Source of the DNA: Alphaproteobacteria bacterium
GTDB lineage: Bacteria > Pseudomonadota > Alphaproteobacteria > RS24
Direction: 5' to 3'
Assembly: GCA_029253645.1 (NCBI GenBank)
Contig: JAQWZC010000098.1
Coordinates: 1-51,725 of the forward strand
Length of the DNA: 51,725 bases
Part shown: positions 29,171 to 41,905 of the stretch, piece by piece
Position numbering within the stretch: the stretch's first letter is position 1
Layout of the letters: each line of letters starts with the position of its first letter
Notes under the pieces: model-generated
What the model was told of the DNA's origin: nothing
What the model saw: only the letters and a program-made list of their open reading frames with translations
Databases searched by the model: none
Made by a program: the position numbers and the translations under genes

Positions 29171-29746
29171 TTAAATCTCCTTCAACACAGCATGGATTTG
29201 CTGCGTCACTTCATCCATCTCTTGCATACCGTCCAGCGTCTTTAAAATGCCCTTGGAGGCATAAAATTCAGCGACCGGAGCCGTTTGCTCCTCATAAACG
29301 CGCAGCCGGTGCTGCAACGCTTCTTCAGTATCGTCATCACGCGGGCCATCGGCGCTTTCTTCCGCTCTTTTCAGAATACGGCCAATCAGCACATCCGGAT
29401 CGACAGCCAGTTCGACCACCCCATCCAGCGCAATATTTTTGTCACCCAACATCGCATCCAGAGCTTCAGCCTGGGCGACATTGCGCGGAAAACCATCGAG
29501 AATGAAACCGTTTTGACAATCAGCTTCCTCAATCCGGTCGGAAATAATGCCGACGACAACAGCGTCAGGCACCAAATCACCGCGCGCCATAATATCTTTG
29601 GCTTGTTTGCCAATCTCGGTTTCCGCCGCCACGGCAGCGCGCAGCATATCGCCGGTTGAAAGCTGACGAATATCGTAAGCCGCCTCAATGCGCTGGGCCT
29701 GTGTGCCTTTACCGGCACCGGGCGGTCCGAGAAAAATCAGTTTCAT
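29171..29746 (-). CDS. adk: Adenylate kinase (short-LID type)
   Basis: GPPGAGKGTQ, LSTGDMLR, LDGFPR, RDDD. Confidence 0.97.
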   Translation of the reverse strand: MKLIFLGPPGAGKGTQAQRIEAAYDIRQLSTGDMLRAAVAAETEIGKQAKDIMARGDLVPDAVVVGIISDRIEEADCQNGFILDGFPRNVAQAEALDAMLGDKNIALDGVVELAVDPDVLIGRILKRAEESADGPRDDDTEEALQHRLRVYEEQTAPVAEFYASKGILKTLDGMQEMDEVTQQIHAVLKEI

Positions 29747-31074
29747 CGACGCTTGCCTCCAAGCTTCGACTTCTGAATCAGCCCCTCATATTGGTGAGCA
29801 AATAAATGGCCCTGCACCTGCCCGACCGTGTCCATCGTCACATTGACGACAATCAACAGCGAGGTGCCGCCGAAATAAAACGGTACATTATAGGCGTTGA
29901 TGAGCATTTCCGGCAGCAAGCAGACAGCCGTCAAATAAAGCGCGCCGACAAGTGTCAAACGGGTCAGCACATGGTCAATATATTCAGCCGTGCGCGGCCC
30001 GGGACGAATACCCGGAATAAAGCCGCCATAACGCTTCAAATTATCCGCCGTGTCATTCGGGTTGAAGACAATCGAGGTATAGAAGAAGCAGAAGAAAATA
30101 ATACCCGCCGCATAGAGCGCCATATAGGCGGGTTGCCCGCGTCCTAACATGGCGGCCACTGTGCCCAAAGCACCGCCCGAGGCGTCGCTTGAGAAATTGG
30201 CCAAAGTAATCGGCATGAGCAGCAATGATGACGCGAAAATCGGCGGAATAACACCGGCCGTATTCAGCTTGAGCGGCAGATGCGAATTATCTCCCTGCGC
30301 CATGCCACTGGCCGTTTGGCGTTTCGGATATTGCACCAGCAAACGACGCTGGGCGCGTTCCATGAAAACGATAAAGGCGATAACTGCGATGACCATGATA
30401 ATCAAAGCGAGAATAACGAATGTCGACAGCGCGCCCTGACGACCAAGCTCCAGCGTTCCGGCCAAAGCGCTTGGCAATTCAGCCACAATACCGGCGAAGA
30501 TAATCAGCGAGATGCCGTTGCCGACACCGCGCGAGGTCACTTGTTCGCCCAGCCACATCAGGAATACCGTGCCGCCGACCAGCGTAATGACCGCGCTGGC
30601 GCGGAAGAAAAAGCCCGGCTCGACCACGACGCCTTGCGCGCCCTCAAGGCCGATGGCAATGCCATAACCTTGCACAGCAGCCAAAAATACCGTGCCATAG
30701 CGCGTATATTGATTGATTTGTTTGCGACCGGATTCGCCTTCTTTTTTCAGCTGTTCCAAACGCGGCACAACCGAGGTGAGAAGCTGAATAACAATCGACG
30801 CCGTAATATACGGCATAATGTTGAGCGCGAAAATAGCCATACGACCAACCGCGCCACCGGCAAACATGTTGAACATGCCGATAATGCCGGATTGCTGTTG
30901 ACTGAAAACGGCTTGCAGGGCTTGCGGGTCAATGCCCGGAAGCGGAATATACGTGCCAAGGCGATAGACCAAAAGCGCACCCAGTGTGAACCAGATACGC
31001 TTCTTCAGCTCATCAGCCGTGCGAAAGGCCGAGAAACTGAGATTGGCAGCAAGCTGTTCGGCAGCTGAGGCCAT
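29743..31074 (-). CDS. secY: Preprotein translocase SecY
   Basis: IMPYITASI, GNGISLII, AGVIPPIFASS, IPGIRPG. Confidence 0.99.
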   Translation of the reverse strand: MASAAEQLAANLSFSAFRTADELKKRIWFTLGALLVYRLGTYIPLPGIDPQALQAVFSQQQSGIIGMFNMFAGGAVGRMAIFALNIMPYITASIVIQLLTSVVPRLEQLKKEGESGRKQINQYTRYGTVFLAAVQGYGIAIGLEGAQGVVVEPGFFFRASAVITLVGGTVFLMWLGEQVTSRGVGNGISLIIFAGIVAELPSALAGTLELGRQGALSTFVILALIIMVIAVIAFIVFMERAQRRLLVQYPKRQTASGMAQGDNSHLPLKLNTAGVIPPIFASSLLLMPITLANFSSDASGGALGTVAAMLGRGQPAYMALYAAGIIFFCFFYTSIVFNPNDTADNLKRYGGFIPGIRPGPRTAEYIDHVLTRLTLVGALYLTAVCLLPEMLINAYNVPFYFGGTSLLIVVNVTMDTVGQVQGHLFAHQYEGLIQKSKLGGKRR

Positions 31075-31095
31075 TAAGCGGTCTCCTTACTGGGT

Positions 31096-31683
31096 TTAAT
31101 CTTCTGAAGCTTCGTCTGAAGCATCATCTGACGCAATATCTTCGGCAGGCGTTTCCGCCGGGGCTTCCTCAGCCTTTTCTGCTTTCGCAGCTTTTTTGGC
31201 TTTCGGGGCTTCGTCGGTATTGGCCGGTGTCAAAATGCTGACCTTACCGCCCAGCTTTTCAACCGCATCCTGCGCCGCTTTCGACATGCCCGCGACTTCA
31301 AAATCAAGCTTTTCAGTCAGCGCGCCTTTAGCCAAAATCCGAACACCATCCAATTCGCGGCGAATAATACCCGCCTCAACAAGGCTGGTAGCCGACACCG
31401 TGGCACCTTTGGCCAGCTTACCGGCTTCGACAGCCAGTTGCAGGCGACCCAGATTGACCGCATTCAGTTTTTTCGGGTTCGGCACGTTGAAACCACGCTT
31501 CGGCAAACGCATATGCAGCGGCATTTGACCGCCCTCAAAACCTTTAATGGCAACGCCCGAGCGTGAGGTTTGACCCTTTACGCCGCGCCCTGCGGTTTTG
31601 CCTTTGCCCGAAGATGTGCCGCGACCGACGCGCATACGCGACTTACGGGCACCGGGATTATCACGAAGTTCATTCAGTTTCAT
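31096..31683 (-). CDS. rplO: 50S ribosomal protein L15 with C-terminal low-complexity extension
   Basis: [26 protein letters not shown]. Confidence 0.97.
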   Translation of the reverse strand: MKLNELRDNPGARKSRMRVGRGTSSGKGKTAGRGVKGQTSRSGVAIKGFEGGQMPLHMRLPKRGFNVPNPKKLNAVNLGRLQLAVEAGKLAKGATVSATSLVEAGIIRRELDGVRILAKGALTEKLDFEVAGMSKAAQDAVEKLGGKVSILTPANTDEAPKAKKAAKAEKAEEAPAETPAEDIASDDASDEASED

Positions 31684-31702
31684 AACCGTTCTCCTCGCTG
31701 AC

Positions 31703-31891
31703 TTAAGCGTCAACGACACGCACTAAATGTGCGACTTTTTCAATCATACCGCGGATGGCCGGTGTGTCCTCGAGTTCACGACGACGACCGGTTTTGTTCA
31801 GGCCGAGACCGACCAGCGTTGCTTGTTGATCCTTCGGGCGGCCAATCGGGCTGCCTGTCTGTTCAACGACAATGGTTTTCGCTTTCGCCAT
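31703..31891 (-). CDS. rpmD: 50S ribosomal protein L30
   Basis: SPIGR...Q.ATL.GLGL...[14 protein letters not shown]. Confidence 0.97.
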   Translation of the reverse strand: MAKAKTIVVEQTGSPIGRPKDQQATLVGLGLNKTGRRRELEDTPAIRGMIEKVAHLVRVVDA

Positions 31892-31902
31892 GTGTCTCTC
31901 TC

Positions 31903-32463
31903 CTAGCTCGTCGCTTCGACTTCGCTTGCATCGTGAGCTTCGTCACGACGGCGCGTAATCAAATCGCTTACCTTTTTGCCACGTCGCGCCGCAACCGAGC
32001 GCGGGCTGCCCTGCTTTTTCAGAGCGGCGAAAGTGGCGTGAATCATATTGTAGGGATTGGATGAGCCGACCGATTTAGCGACCACATCTTGCATGCCCAA
32101 AACTTCAAACACGGCACGCATTGGGCCACCGGCAATGATACCGGTTCCGGGAGGGGCTGCACGCAGCTCCACCTTACCGGCGCCGTGACGCCCTGCAATG
32201 TCGTGATGCAAAGTCCGACCTTCGCGCAGCGGCACACGTATCATGTGACGCTTGGCGCTTTCGGTTGCTTTGCGAATGGCTTCCGGCACTTCGCGTGCCT
32301 TACCATGACCGAAGCCGACGCGTCCGCGCTGGTCACCAATGACGACGAGGGCAGCAAAGCCGAAGCGACGGCCACCCTTCACCACTTTGGCAACGCGGTT
32401 AATATGCACCAGACGATCGACAAACTCGCTATCGCGCTCGTCTCGATTTTCGTTTCTTGCCAC
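31903..32463 (-). CDS. rpsE: 30S ribosomal protein S5
   Basis: [22 protein letters not shown]. Confidence 0.98.
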   Translation of the reverse strand: MARNENRDERDSEFVDRLVHINRVAKVVKGGRRFGFAALVVIGDQRGRVGFGHGKAREVPEAIRKATESAKRHMIRVPLREGRTLHHDIAGRHGAGKVELRAAPPGTGIIAGGPMRAVFEVLGMQDVVAKSVGSSNPYNMIHATFAALKKQGSPRSVAARRGKKVSDLITRRRDEAHDASEVEATS

Positions 32464-32484
32464 GATTTCTCTCCTCTAGCCCGA

Positions 32485-32841
32485 TTAAAAGGTCAAACCG
32501 GCTTCGCGAGCCGCTTCGGCCAGGGCTTTGACGCGCCCGTGATAAATATAACCGCCACGGTCGAAAATAACGGTTTCGACACCGGCCTTTTTGGCCCGTT
32601 CAGCGATTTGCTTGCCAACAACACTGGCGGCGTCAACATTGCCACCGGACTTGCCGGAAAAATCTTTGTCTTTTGTCGAAGCTGACGCCAATGTGCGCCC
32701 CGCTTCATCATCAATGACTTGCGCATAAATATGTTTAGCCGAGCGGTAAACCGACAGACGCGGACGACCATTGGCAACTTTGCGAAGCTGGCGGCGGACC
32801 CGCTGCTTACGACGCTCATCAGTAGAAATCTTACCAACCAT
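32485..32841 (-). CDS. rplR: 50S ribosomal protein L18
   Basis: [24 protein letters not shown]. Confidence 0.97.
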   Translation of the reverse strand: MVGKISTDERRKQRVRRQLRKVANGRPRLSVYRSAKHIYAQVIDDEAGRTLASASTKDKDFSGKSGGNVDAASVVGKQIAERAKKAGVETVIFDRGGYIYHGRVKALAEAAREAGLTF

Positions 32842-32850
32842 GATCAACCT

Positions 32851-33384
32851 CTATTTCTTCTTACCTTCTTTGCGGAACACATATTCGCCTTCATAACGAA
32901 CACCCTTGCCCTTATAAGGCTCCGGCGGACGATAGCTGCGAATTTCCGATGCCACCTGACCGACTTTTTGTTTGTCGATGCCGGAGATGACAATTTCAGT
33001 TTGCGACAGGCACTCAACAGTAATGCCTTCAGGAACATTGAAATCAATATCATGGCTAAAGCCGAGTGATAATTTCAGCGTCTTACCCTGCATTTGGGCA
33101 CGATAACCGACGCCTTGCAGCACCAGCTTGCGCGAAAAGCCTTCCGAAACACCGGTGACGATGTTTTGCACCATAGAGCGGCTCAGGCCCCAATGGCTGC
33201 GGGCGGCTTGGGTTTTGTCAGCAGGCGTAACAGTAACACCATCATCACCTTGTGCGACTTTTACAAGGTCAGACAGGGTAATGGCCAATTCGCCCTTCGG
33301 GCCTTTGGCGGCGATATTGAGTCCGCTGAGTTTAATTTCAACCCCTTGCGGGACAGCGACAGGTCTTTTGCCAATACGAGACAT
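32851..33384 (-). CDS. rplF: 50S ribosomal protein L6
   Basis: MSRIGK.PV, RPPEPYKGKG. Confidence 0.98.
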   Translation of the reverse strand: MSRIGKRPVAVPQGVEIKLSGLNIAAKGPKGELAITLSDLVKVAQGDDGVTVTPADKTQAARSHWGLSRSMVQNIVTGVSEGFSRKLVLQGVGYRAQMQGKTLKLSLGFSHDIDFNVPEGITVECLSQTEIVISGIDKQKVGQVASEIRSYRPPEPYKGKGVRYEGEYVFRKEGKKK

Positions 33385-33409
33385 AATATCTATCCTTTCC
33401 GAGACGCAT

Positions 33410-33802
33410 CTAGAAGACGCGGCACAGAACCTCCCCACCAACATTGTTTTCACGAGCGGCATTATCCGACATCACGCCTTTGGGCGTTGAGATGATGGAA
33501 ATACCCAATCCGTTGCGGACAACCGGCATGGTTTTCACTGAGGAATAAACACGACGGCCCGGCTTGGACACGCGTTGAATTTCCTGAATAACCGGAGAGC
33601 CTTCATAATATTTCAACTCGATTTCCAGTTCGCCGGCGCCATTATCGGTTTTTGATTCCGAATAGCCGCGGATGTAACCTTCAGCTTGCAGCACATCCAG
33701 CACCCAGCAGCGCAGCTTGGAGGCAGGGCTTATCACCTTGCTCTTGCCACGCATTTGAGCGTTACGGATGCGGGTCAGCATATCACCAAGAGGCTCGTTC
33801 AT
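33410..33802 (-). CDS. rpsH: 30S ribosomal protein S8
   Basis: [24 protein letters not shown]. Confidence 0.98.
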   Translation of the reverse strand: MNEPLGDMLTRIRNAQMRGKSKVISPASKLRCWVLDVLQAEGYIRGYSESKTDNGAGELEIELKYYEGSPVIQEIQRVSKPGRRVYSSVKTMPVVRNGLGISIISTPKGVMSDNAARENNVGGEVLCRVF

Positions 33803-33816
33803 AATCTTGCCCTCCC

Positions 33817-34122
33817 TTACCAGCTAGACTTGACCATGCCCGGAACCAGCCCTTTGGAGGACAGTTCACGCAGCGCGATGCGGGACATGTTGAGTTTACG
33901 GTAATAGCCACGCGGACGGCCGGTCACGCCGCAACGATTGCGGACGCGGGTCGGCGCAGAATTGCGCGGCAGTTTCGCCAATTGCAGACGCGCCTTAAAG
34001 CGCTCTTCATTTGACAGTGACTGATCTTTTGCAATCGCCATCAACGCGGCACGCTTGGCAGCAAATTTCTTGGCCATGCGCTTGCGCTTGTCGTTGCGTT
34101 CTACAGCAGATTTTTTCGCCAT
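33817..34122 (-). CDS. rpsN: 30S ribosomal protein S14 (long, Zn-independent type)
   Basis: [27 protein letters not shown]. Confidence 0.98.
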   Translation of the reverse strand: MAKKSAVERNDKRKRMAKKFAAKRAALMAIAKDQSLSNEERFKARLQLAKLPRNSAPTRVRNRCGVTGRPRGYYRKLNMSRIALRELSSKGLVPGMVKSSW

Positions 34123-34139
34123 ATCTCTCTCCTCCGCCC

Positions 34140-34697
34140 TTATTCGCTGAACGGAAAGTTAAAGGCGCGCAGCAATTCACGTGCCTGATCATCATCATTG
34201 GTTGAGGTGCAGACAATAATGTCCATGCCCCAAATCGTATCGACTTTGTCGTAATTGATTTCCGGAAACACAATATGCTCCTTCAGGCCCATGGCGAAAT
34301 TGCCATTGCCGTCAAAGCTTTTTGCATTCAGTCCACGGAAGTCACGCACACGCGGCAGTGCCACGGTTACAAGACGGTCGATGAATTCATACATGCGCGC
34401 GCCACGCAGGGTCACTTTGACACCAAGCGGCATTTCTTCGCGCACCTTAAAGGTGGCGATTGAGTTGCGAGCGCGGGTAATCACCGGCTTTTGACCGGCA
34501 ATCGCCTGCATGTCTTCAAAAGCTGAATTGATTTTTTTGGTGTCTTGCGTGGTTTCGCCGACACCCATATTCAAAACAACTTTTTCAAGCGCCGGAACCT
34601 GCATCGGGTTCTTCAGCTCAAATTTCTCAATCAGTTCACCACGAATGGAGTCCAGATATTGCGTTTTCAGACGCGGGATATAAGACGTATCAGCCAT
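34140..34697 (-). CDS. rplE: 50S ribosomal protein L5
   Basis: [22 protein letters not shown]. Confidence 0.98.
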   Translation of the reverse strand: MADTSYIPRLKTQYLDSIRGELIEKFELKNPMQVPALEKVVLNMGVGETTQDTKKINSAFEDMQAIAGQKPVITRARNSIATFKVREEMPLGVKVTLRGARMYEFIDRLVTVALPRVRDFRGLNAKSFDGNGNFAMGLKEHIVFPEINYDKVDTIWGMDIIVCTSTNDDDQARELLRAFNFPFSE

Positions 34698-35013
34698 CGA
34701 TTGCTTCTCCCGAACGTTTGGCAATGCGCGACTTGGTGCCGTCATCATTGACTTTGAAACCAACACGGGTTGCTGCGCCGTCTTTCGGGTCAGCAATCGC
34801 CAAATTGGAAATGTGAATTTTAGCTTCGCGGTTAATAATACCGCCTTCGCTTTGTGCGCTTTGCTTCTGGTGACGCTTCACCATATTCACGCCCTGCACC
34901 AAAGCACGGTTTTCGGTCGGGAAGACGGAAATGACTTCACCGCTCTTACCCTTATCGCGACCAGTGGTAACCACCACCTTATCGCCTTTTTTTATTTTCA
35001 GCTTCACGGCCAT
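34690..35013 (-). CDS. rplX: 50S ribosomal protein L24
   Basis: KIKKGDKV...GRDKGK, EA.IHISN. Confidence 0.98.
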   Translation of the reverse strand: MAVKLKIKKGDKVVVTTGRDKGKSGEVISVFPTENRALVQGVNMVKRHQKQSAQSEGGIINREAKIHISNLAIADPKDGAATRVGFKVNDDGTKSRIAKRSGEAIDG

Positions 35014-35381
35014 TACAACACCTCCGGTGCCAGCGACACGATTTTCATGTGGTTGCTGCTGCGCAGTTCACGCGTCACTGGGCCAAAAATACGGGTGCCG
35101 ATAGGCTCGCCCGAGGTATTGACCAAAACGGCGGCATTGCGATCAAAGCGGATAATGCTGCCATCTTGGCGGCGAATTTCCTTCGCTGTGCGCACGATAA
35201 CGGCACGCATCACATCACCCTTCTTCACGCGGCCACGCGGAATAGCTTCTTTGACGGAGACAACAATCGTGTCGCCGACAGAAGCGGTTTTCCGTTTGGA
35301 ACCGCCGAGAACTTTGATGCACTGCACCCGGCGTGCGCCGCTATTATCGGCAACATCCAGATTGGTTTGCATCTGAATCAT
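35013..35381 (-). CDS. rplN: 50S ribosomal protein L14
   Basis: [22 protein letters not shown]. Confidence 0.99.
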   Translation of the reverse strand: MIQMQTNLDVADNSGARRVQCIKVLGGSKRKTASVGDTIVVSVKEAIPRGRVKKGDVMRAVIVRTAKEIRRQDGSIIRFDRNAAVLVNTSGEPIGTRIFGPVTRELRSSNHMKIVSLAPEVL

Positions 35382-35392
35382 AATGAGACCCC

Positions 35393-35632
35393 TTACTCAG
35401 CAGCGCCGGGAATAACTTCCCAGCTCTTTAATTTCGAGATCGGACGACATTCGCGGATTTCCACTTTGTCGCCGATTTTCACATCATTGTTCGCATCATG
35501 CGCATGATAGCGCTTGGATTTACGAACGGTTTTCTTCATCACCGGATCGGTGAAACGGCGTTCGACAGAAACGACAACTGTTTTGTCGCCCTTATCGCTC
35601 ACTACCGTGCCTTGCAAAACTCGTTTTGGCAT
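35393..35632 (-). CDS. rpsQ: 30S ribosomal protein S17
   Basis: G.VVSDK.DKT, ECRPISK. Confidence 0.98.
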   Translation of the reverse strand: MPKRVLQGTVVSDKGDKTVVVSVERRFTDPVMKKTVRKSKRYHAHDANNDVKIGDKVEIRECRPISKLKSWEVIPGAAE

Positions 35633-35650
35633 TTTCCTACCTCGTTCCGG

Positions 35651-35839
35651 CTACTGGTTCGCCGCGCTATGCGCTGTTTTCAACCGCGCAATGGTGCGAC
35701 GCACTTCCCGCATGCGGGCGGTATTTTCAAGCTGGCCCGAAGCCTGCTGGAAGCGCAGATTAAGTTGCTCTTTTTTCAGCTTCAACAACTCGTCATCGAG
35801 CTGGTCAACTGTCATGTCTTTGATTTCGGCCATTTTCAT
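35651..35839 (-). CDS. rpmC: 50S ribosomal protein L29
   Basis: [15 protein letters not shown]...VRR.IAR. Confidence 0.97.
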   Translation of the reverse strand: MKMAEIKDMTVDQLDDELLKLKKEQLNLRFQQASGQLENTARMREVRRTIARLKTAHSAANQ

Positions 35840-35847
35840 AGTGACAC

Positions 35848-36267
35848 CTATTGTCCTTCACCCGGGCGCGAAACAATGCGCGTGGCGACCGGCAATTTAG
35901 CTGCCGCCAATTTCAGGGCTTCATGTGCGACCTCGGCATTAACGCCATCAATCTCAAACATGATACGGCCCGGCTTGACGCGACACGCCCAATATTCCGG
36001 CGAACCCTTACCTTTACCCATCCGAACTTCCGTCGGTTTTTTCGAGACCGGCACATCAGGAAAGACGCGGATCCAAACACGACCGGCACGTTTCATGTGA
36101 CGGGTAATAACACGACGGGCAGCTTCAATTTGGCGCGCGGTAACACGCTCCGGCGAAGTTGCCTTCAGACCAAATGAACCAAAAGTCAGCGTGGTGCCGC
36201 CTTTGGCATTGCCGCGAATACGGCCCTTATGAGCCTTGCGGAATTTTGTTCGCTTCGGTTGCAACAT
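35848..36267 (-). CDS. rplP: 50S ribosomal protein L16
   Basis: [18 protein letters not shown]. Confidence 0.99.
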   Translation of the reverse strand: MLQPKRTKFRKAHKGRIRGNAKGGTTLTFGSFGLKATSPERVTARQIEAARRVITRHMKRAGRVWIRVFPDVPVSKKPTEVRMGKGKGSPEYWACRVKPGRIMFEIDGVNAEVAHEALKLAAAKLPVATRIVSRPGEGQ

Positions 36268-36270
36268 AAT

Positions 36271-36987
36271 TTAGTTCTCCGATGCCCCTGAGCCTTGACC
36301 GCGCTGCGGGCGATTATTATCGCTCGGCTCATTGCGACGATCACGAGCCATCGGGTCATGCTCCATAATCTCGCCTTTGAAAATCCAGATTTTGACGCCG
36401 CAAATACCATAAGCGGTCATCGCTTCGGCCACGCCATAATCAATATCGGCGCGCAATGTATGCAACGGCACACGACCTTCGCGATACCATTCGGTACGGG
36501 CAATTTCGGCGCCACCCAAGCGGCCACCGCAATTAATACGAATGCCCAAAGCACCCAAGCGCATGGCCGATTGCACGGCGCGCTTCATGGCGCGACGGAA
36601 CCCGACGCGACGCTCAAGCTGCTGGGCAATGCTCTCAGCAACCAATTGCGCGTCAACCTCAGGCTTACGCACTTCAACAATGTTCAGCGCCACTTCGCTA
36701 TCGGTCGTTTTGCCGATGCGCTGTTTCAGCTTCTCAATGTCAGCACCTTTTTTACCGATAATGACACCGGGGCGGGCTGAGTGAATGGTGACGCGGCATT
36801 TTTTGTGCGGGCGCTCAATCACGACGCGTGAAATACCGGCCTGACGCAAATCCTTGAACACCATGCTGCGGATTTTCAAATCCTCATGCAGCAAATTGGC
36901 ATATTCGCCTTTTTCAGCATACCAGCGCGACTCCCAGGTGCGGTTGACGCCGAGGCGCATGCCAATCGGATTAACCTTCTGTCCCAT
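36271..36987 (-). CDS. rpsC: 30S ribosomal protein S3
   Basis: [27 protein letters not shown]. Confidence 0.99.
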   Translation of the reverse strand: MGQKVNPIGMRLGVNRTWESRWYAEKGEYANLLHEDLKIRSMVFKDLRQAGISRVVIERPHKKCRVTIHSARPGVIIGKKGADIEKLKQRIGKTTDSEVALNIVEVRKPEVDAQLVAESIAQQLERRVGFRRAMKRAVQSAMRLGALGIRINCGGRLGGAEIARTEWYREGRVPLHTLRADIDYGVAEAMTAYGICGVKIWIFKGEIMEHDPMARDRRNEPSDNNRPQRGQGSGASEN

Positions 36988-37367
36988 TACGCTTTCTCCT
37001 CGACTTCACGCACCACAATGGTGAGTTGGCTGAATGGCTTCAAAATGCGTGCAGCGCGACCCTTCGCACGGGCGCGGAAACGCTTCATGACCAAATTTTT
37101 GCCGACATAGGCTTCTGAAACGATGAGGCTGTCAACGTCCAGATTGTGATTGTTCTCGGCATTGGCAATGGCGCTTTGCAGCACTTTCTTCACCTCACCG
37201 GCAACACGACGTTGCGAGAACGTTAAATCATTCAAAGCCTGTTCAGCTTTCTTGCCGCGAATAAGTTGCGCAACAAGGTTCAGCTTTTGCGGGCTGGTGC
37301 GGATCATCCGACCGACCGCCTTGGCTTCATTTTCCGGCAATTGCCGCTGTAGCGATGCTTTGCCCAT
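36987..37367 (-). CDS. rplV: 50S ribosomal protein L22
   Basis: [28 protein letters not shown]. Confidence 0.98.
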   Translation of the reverse strand: MGKASLQRQLPENEAKAVGRMIRTSPQKLNLVAQLIRGKKAEQALNDLTFSQRRVAGEVKKVLQSAIANAENNHNLDVDSLIVSEAYVGKNLVMKRFRARAKGRAARILKPFSQLTIVVREVEEKA

Positions 37368-37369
37368 GA

Positions 37370-37651
37370 CTAACCTCTTTTCGCCTTCTTATCGGCCGTG
37401 TGACCGTAATAGGTGCGCGACGGCGCAAATTCGCCGAATTTGTGCCCAACCATATCCTCAGTCACTGAGACCGGAATATGCTTATGCCCGTTATGAACAC
37501 CAAAAGTCAGACCGACAAATTGCGGCAGGATCGTCGAGCGACGGCTCCAAATTTTAATGACTTCATTGGTGCGTCCGCTTTCACGCACGGCTTCTGCTTT
37601 CTTAAGCAAATAACCGTCAACAAACGGACCTTTCCAGACTGAACGTGTCAT
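37370..37651 (-). CDS. rpsS: 30S ribosomal protein S19
   Basis: [26 protein letters not shown]. Confidence 0.99.
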   Translation of the reverse strand: MTRSVWKGPFVDGYLLKKAEAVRESGRTNEVIKIWSRRSTILPQFVGLTFGVHNGHKHIPVSVTEDMVGHKFGEFAPSRTYYGHTADKKAKRG

Positions 37652-37664
37652 CGTGCCAACACTC

Positions 37665-38501
37665 CTAACGTTTCTTCTTCAGATGGCGGCTGCGCAGGAT
37701 ATATTTATCCGTCGCTTTATTCGACCGCGTACGACGCCCTTTGGTCGGCTTGCCCCAAGGTGTCACCGGATGGCGCCCCCCGGAGGTTTTACCTTCACCA
37801 CCACCATGTGGGTGGTCGACCGGGTTCATGGCAACACCACGAACCGAAGGACGTTTGCCGAGCCAACGGCTGCGACCGGCTTTCGCCAATTTAATGTTTG
37901 ACTGGTCCGGATTTGACACCGCACCGACTGTCGCCATGCATGTGCCCAAAACCAAACGCTGCTCGCCCGATGTCAGGCGGATGATGGCATAACCGGCATC
38001 CCGACCCACAAGCTGAGCGAAGGTTCCGGCTGAACGCGCAATCTGTGCGCCCTTACCCGGCTTCAATTCAATATTGTGAATAATCGTCCCAATCGGGATT
38101 GATTTCAGCGGCATGGCATTGCCCGGCTTCACGTCAACGCTTTCGCCCGAAATCACCTTATCACCGGCGGCCAAACGCTGTGGCGCGATGATGTAGGCTT
38201 GCTCGCCATCCGTATAGGTGATGAGCGCGATAAAGGCGGAGCGGTTGGGATCATATTCCAGACGCTCGACCGTCGCTTCCATATCAAATTTCTGACGTTT
38301 GAAATCAATAATGCGATAGCTGCGCTTATGGCCACCCCCGCGACGACGCGCGGTAATGCGACCGGCATTATTACGCCCGCCCGATTTGGTCAAACCCTCG
38401 GTCAGTTTTTTAACCGGCTTGCCGCTATACAGCGCCGCACGGTCAACCTGAACCAGACCACGCTGGCCGGGGGTTGTTGGTTTATATGTCTTAAGTGCCA
38501 T
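37665..38501 (-). CDS. rplB: 50S ribosomal protein L2
   Basis: [23 protein letters not shown]. Confidence 0.99.
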   Translation of the reverse strand: MALKTYKPTTPGQRGLVQVDRAALYSGKPVKKLTEGLTKSGGRNNAGRITARRRGGGHKRSYRIIDFKRQKFDMEATVERLEYDPNRSAFIALITYTDGEQAYIIAPQRLAAGDKVISGESVDVKPGNAMPLKSIPIGTIIHNIELKPGKGAQIARSAGTFAQLVGRDAGYAIIRLTSGEQRLVLGTCMATVGAVSNPDQSNIKLAKAGRSRWLGKRPSVRGVAMNPVDHPHGGGEGKTSGGRHPVTPWGKPTKGRRTRSNKATDKYILRSRHLKKKR

Positions 38502-38514
38502 TCTACCCTACCCC

Positions 38515-38808
38515 TTACAGACCCGTGGTCACGTCGATTGAGTGACCTTCTTCAAGCGTGATGATGGCTTTTTTCTCATCATTCTGCTTGCCAGCAACAC
38601 CCCGGAAGCGTTTGGTTTTACCCTTACGAACCAATGTGTTAACGGCTTTCACCTTGACATCAAACAGGGCTTCGACGGCCTCTTTGATAATCGTTTTATT
38701 GGCATCCGGCGCGACTTTGAAAACAACCTGATTGTTCTCAGAGGCAATCGTCGATTTCTCGGTGATTACCGGCTTGCGGATGACGTTGTAATAAATCTCG
38801 CGGCTCAT
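38515..38808 (-). CDS. rplW: 50S ribosomal protein L23
   Basis: P.ITEKS, IKEAVE.LF.VKV..VNT. Confidence 0.98.
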   Translation of the reverse strand: MSREIYYNVIRKPVITEKSTIASENNQVVFKVAPDANKTIIKEAVEALFDVKVKAVNTLVRKGKTKRFRGVAGKQNDEKKAIITLEEGHSIDVTTGL

Positions 38809-39425
38809 TTGAAACGCTCCTTCAAGCTATCAAGAGCCGCTTTGGTCAGAACCAGCTTCTCTCGGCGCAAAATGTCATAGACATTAATGCCCTGTGCAGG
38901 CAGCACATCGATATGAGCAATATTGCGGGCCGCGCGGGCGAAATTCGTATCCACTTCCGCGCCATCAATCACCAGAGCATTATCAATGCCCAATTTAACG
39001 AGCTGCTTTTTCAAATCAGCCGTCTTGCCGTCTTTCGACTTGGCATCGGCCAATACAACCAATGATTCATCGGCTTGCTTGCTCGACAGTGCCATTTTCA
39101 GCGCCAAAGCCCGAACCTTTTTCGGCATATCAATGGCGTGGCTGCGAACAACCGGACCATGCGCCTTACCACCACCGATAAAGATGTTGGATTTACGGTT
39201 ACCGTGACGCGCACCGCCGCCACCTTTTTGGCGACCGAATTTTTTGGTCGTGCCCGCGATTTCACCGCGCGGCTTGGTTTTATGCGTACCGGCCTGACGT
39301 TTGGCAAGCTGGTAATTCACCATGCGCTGCAAAATATCGGCGCGCGGTTCGATACCGAACAGAGCCTTGTCGAGAGTCACCTCGCCATCGGCCTTCGCAT
39401 CAAGCGTTTGAACTTGCGCTTTCAT
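38805..39425 (-). CDS. rplD: 50S ribosomal protein L4
   Basis: [26 protein letters not shown]. Confidence 0.98.
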   Translation of the reverse strand: MKAQVQTLDAKADGEVTLDKALFGIEPRADILQRMVNYQLAKRQAGTHKTKPRGEIAGTTKKFGRQKGGGGARHGNRKSNIFIGGGKAHGPVVRSHAIDMPKKVRALALKMALSSKQADESLVVLADAKSKDGKTADLKKQLVKLGIDNALVIDGAEVDTNFARAARNIAHIDVLPAQGINVYDILRREKLVLTKAALDSLKERFK

Positions 39426-40291
39426 TATTCGCTATCCTTCTTGTCTTCTTCAGCCGCAGCTTCTTCGGCGGGAGCCTCTTCAGCCACAGCTTCTTCGGCC
39501 GGAGCCCCGTCAGCAGGTGCTTCCGCAACCGGCGCTTCAGCAGCTTCTTCAACAATCTCTTCCGTCACATCCTCAGCAGGTGCTTCTTCTGCGGCGGCTT
39601 GCTCGGCAGGTGCCTCAGCTTCAACCAAACCGGCCGGATAGGGCAGGTCAGCAGGCAGCGGACGCTTCACCGCATCACGCAGCAAAATCCAACCACCCTT
39701 GGCACCGGGCACGGCGCCCTTGACCATCAGCAGGCCGCGCGTCGTGTCGGTTTTAACGACTTCCAAATTCTGAATGGTCACGCGGCTATCGCCCATGTGA
39801 CCGGCCATTTTCTTGCCTTTAAACACCTTACCGGGGTCTTGGCACTGGCCGGTTGAACCATGCGAACGGTGTGAAATCGACACACCGTGCGTGGCACGCA
39901 AGCCGCCGAAATTATGGCGCTTCATCGCACCGGCAAAACCCTTACCGATGGATGTGCCCGTGGCATCAACTTTTTGACCTTCGATAAAGTGACCGGCGGA
40001 CAATTCAGCGCCCACATCAATCATATTATCGGCGCTGACGCGGAATTCAGCCACGCGGCGCTTAGGTTCTACTTTGGCTTTGGCGAAATGACCGCGCATG
40101 GCGCTGCTTGTGCGTTTCACTTTGGCAAAACCCGAACCAAGCTGAACGGCTGAATAGCCATCCTTCTCTTCCGTGCGCTGGGCAACAACCTGGCACTTGT
40201 CGAGTTTCAGCACAGTGACGGGCACATGTTTACCGGCTTCGGTAAACAGGCGGGTCATGCCGAGTTTCTGAACGATTAATCCGGAACGCAT
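39425..40291 (-). CDS. rplC: 50S ribosomal protein L3 with long acidic C-terminal tail
   Basis: [40 protein letters not shown]. Confidence 0.98.
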   Translation of the reverse strand: MRSGLIVQKLGMTRLFTEAGKHVPVTVLKLDKCQVVAQRTEEKDGYSAVQLGSGFAKVKRTSSAMRGHFAKAKVEPKRRVAEFRVSADNMIDVGAELSAGHFIEGQKVDATGTSIGKGFAGAMKRHNFGGLRATHGVSISHRSHGSTGQCQDPGKVFKGKKMAGHMGDSRVTIQNLEVVKTDTTRGLLMVKGAVPGAKGGWILLRDAVKRPLPADLPYPAGLVEAEAPAEQAAAEEAPAEDVTEEIVEEAAEAPVAEAPADGAPAEEAVAEEAPAEEAAAEEDKKDSE

Positions 40292-40309
40292 AATGACGTC
40301 TCCCAGTCC

Positions 40310-40621
40310 CTACAATTTAATCTGAACATCGACACCGGCTGGCAGGTCGAGTTTCATCAAGGCATCAACGGTTTGTGGCGTTGGATCGACAATGTCGAGC
40401 AGTCGTTTATGCGTCCGCATTTCAAACTGGTCGCGACTTTTCTTGTCGATATGCGGGCCACGCAGAACCGTATATTTTTCAATATGTGTCGGAAGCGGAA
40501 TGGGTCCGCGCACATCCGCACCGGTGCGTTTGGCAGTATTCAAAATCTCACGCGCTGAGTTATCCAGCACGCGATGGTCAAACGCTTTCAGGCGGATACG
40601 AATGTTTTGTGACTGTACCAT
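40310..40621 (-). CDS. rpsJ: 30S ribosomal protein S10
   Basis: [22 protein letters not shown]. Confidence 0.99.
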   Translation of the reverse strand: MVQSQNIRIRLKAFDHRVLDNSAREILNTAKRTGADVRGPIPLPTHIEKYTVLRGPHIDKKSRDQFEMRTHKRLLDIVDPTPQTVDALMKLDLPAGVDVQIKL

Positions 40622-40641
40622 TTTCTATTCCGTTTCCAATC

Positions 40642-40670
40642 AAAAGAGGCGCGCCCCGAAGGGCACGCCC
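40642..40670 (-). terminator. Terminator/attenuator-like hairpin between tuf and rpsJ
   Basis: Minus strand GGGCGTGCCC-TTCG-GGGCGCGCCT followed by CTTTT. Confidence 0.6.
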
Positions 40671-40678
40671 ATAATTTC

Positions 40679-41869
<1,191 letters not shown>

Positions 41870-41905
41870 CTTCGTTCCTCTCAGTCAATTTGCCCTAAAG
41901 GGCGA

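Noticed and set aside
28630-29746. No rpmJ, infA, map or rpsD in the spc/alpha region; short-LID Adk
   Set aside because: Both are ordinary for alphaproteobacteria.
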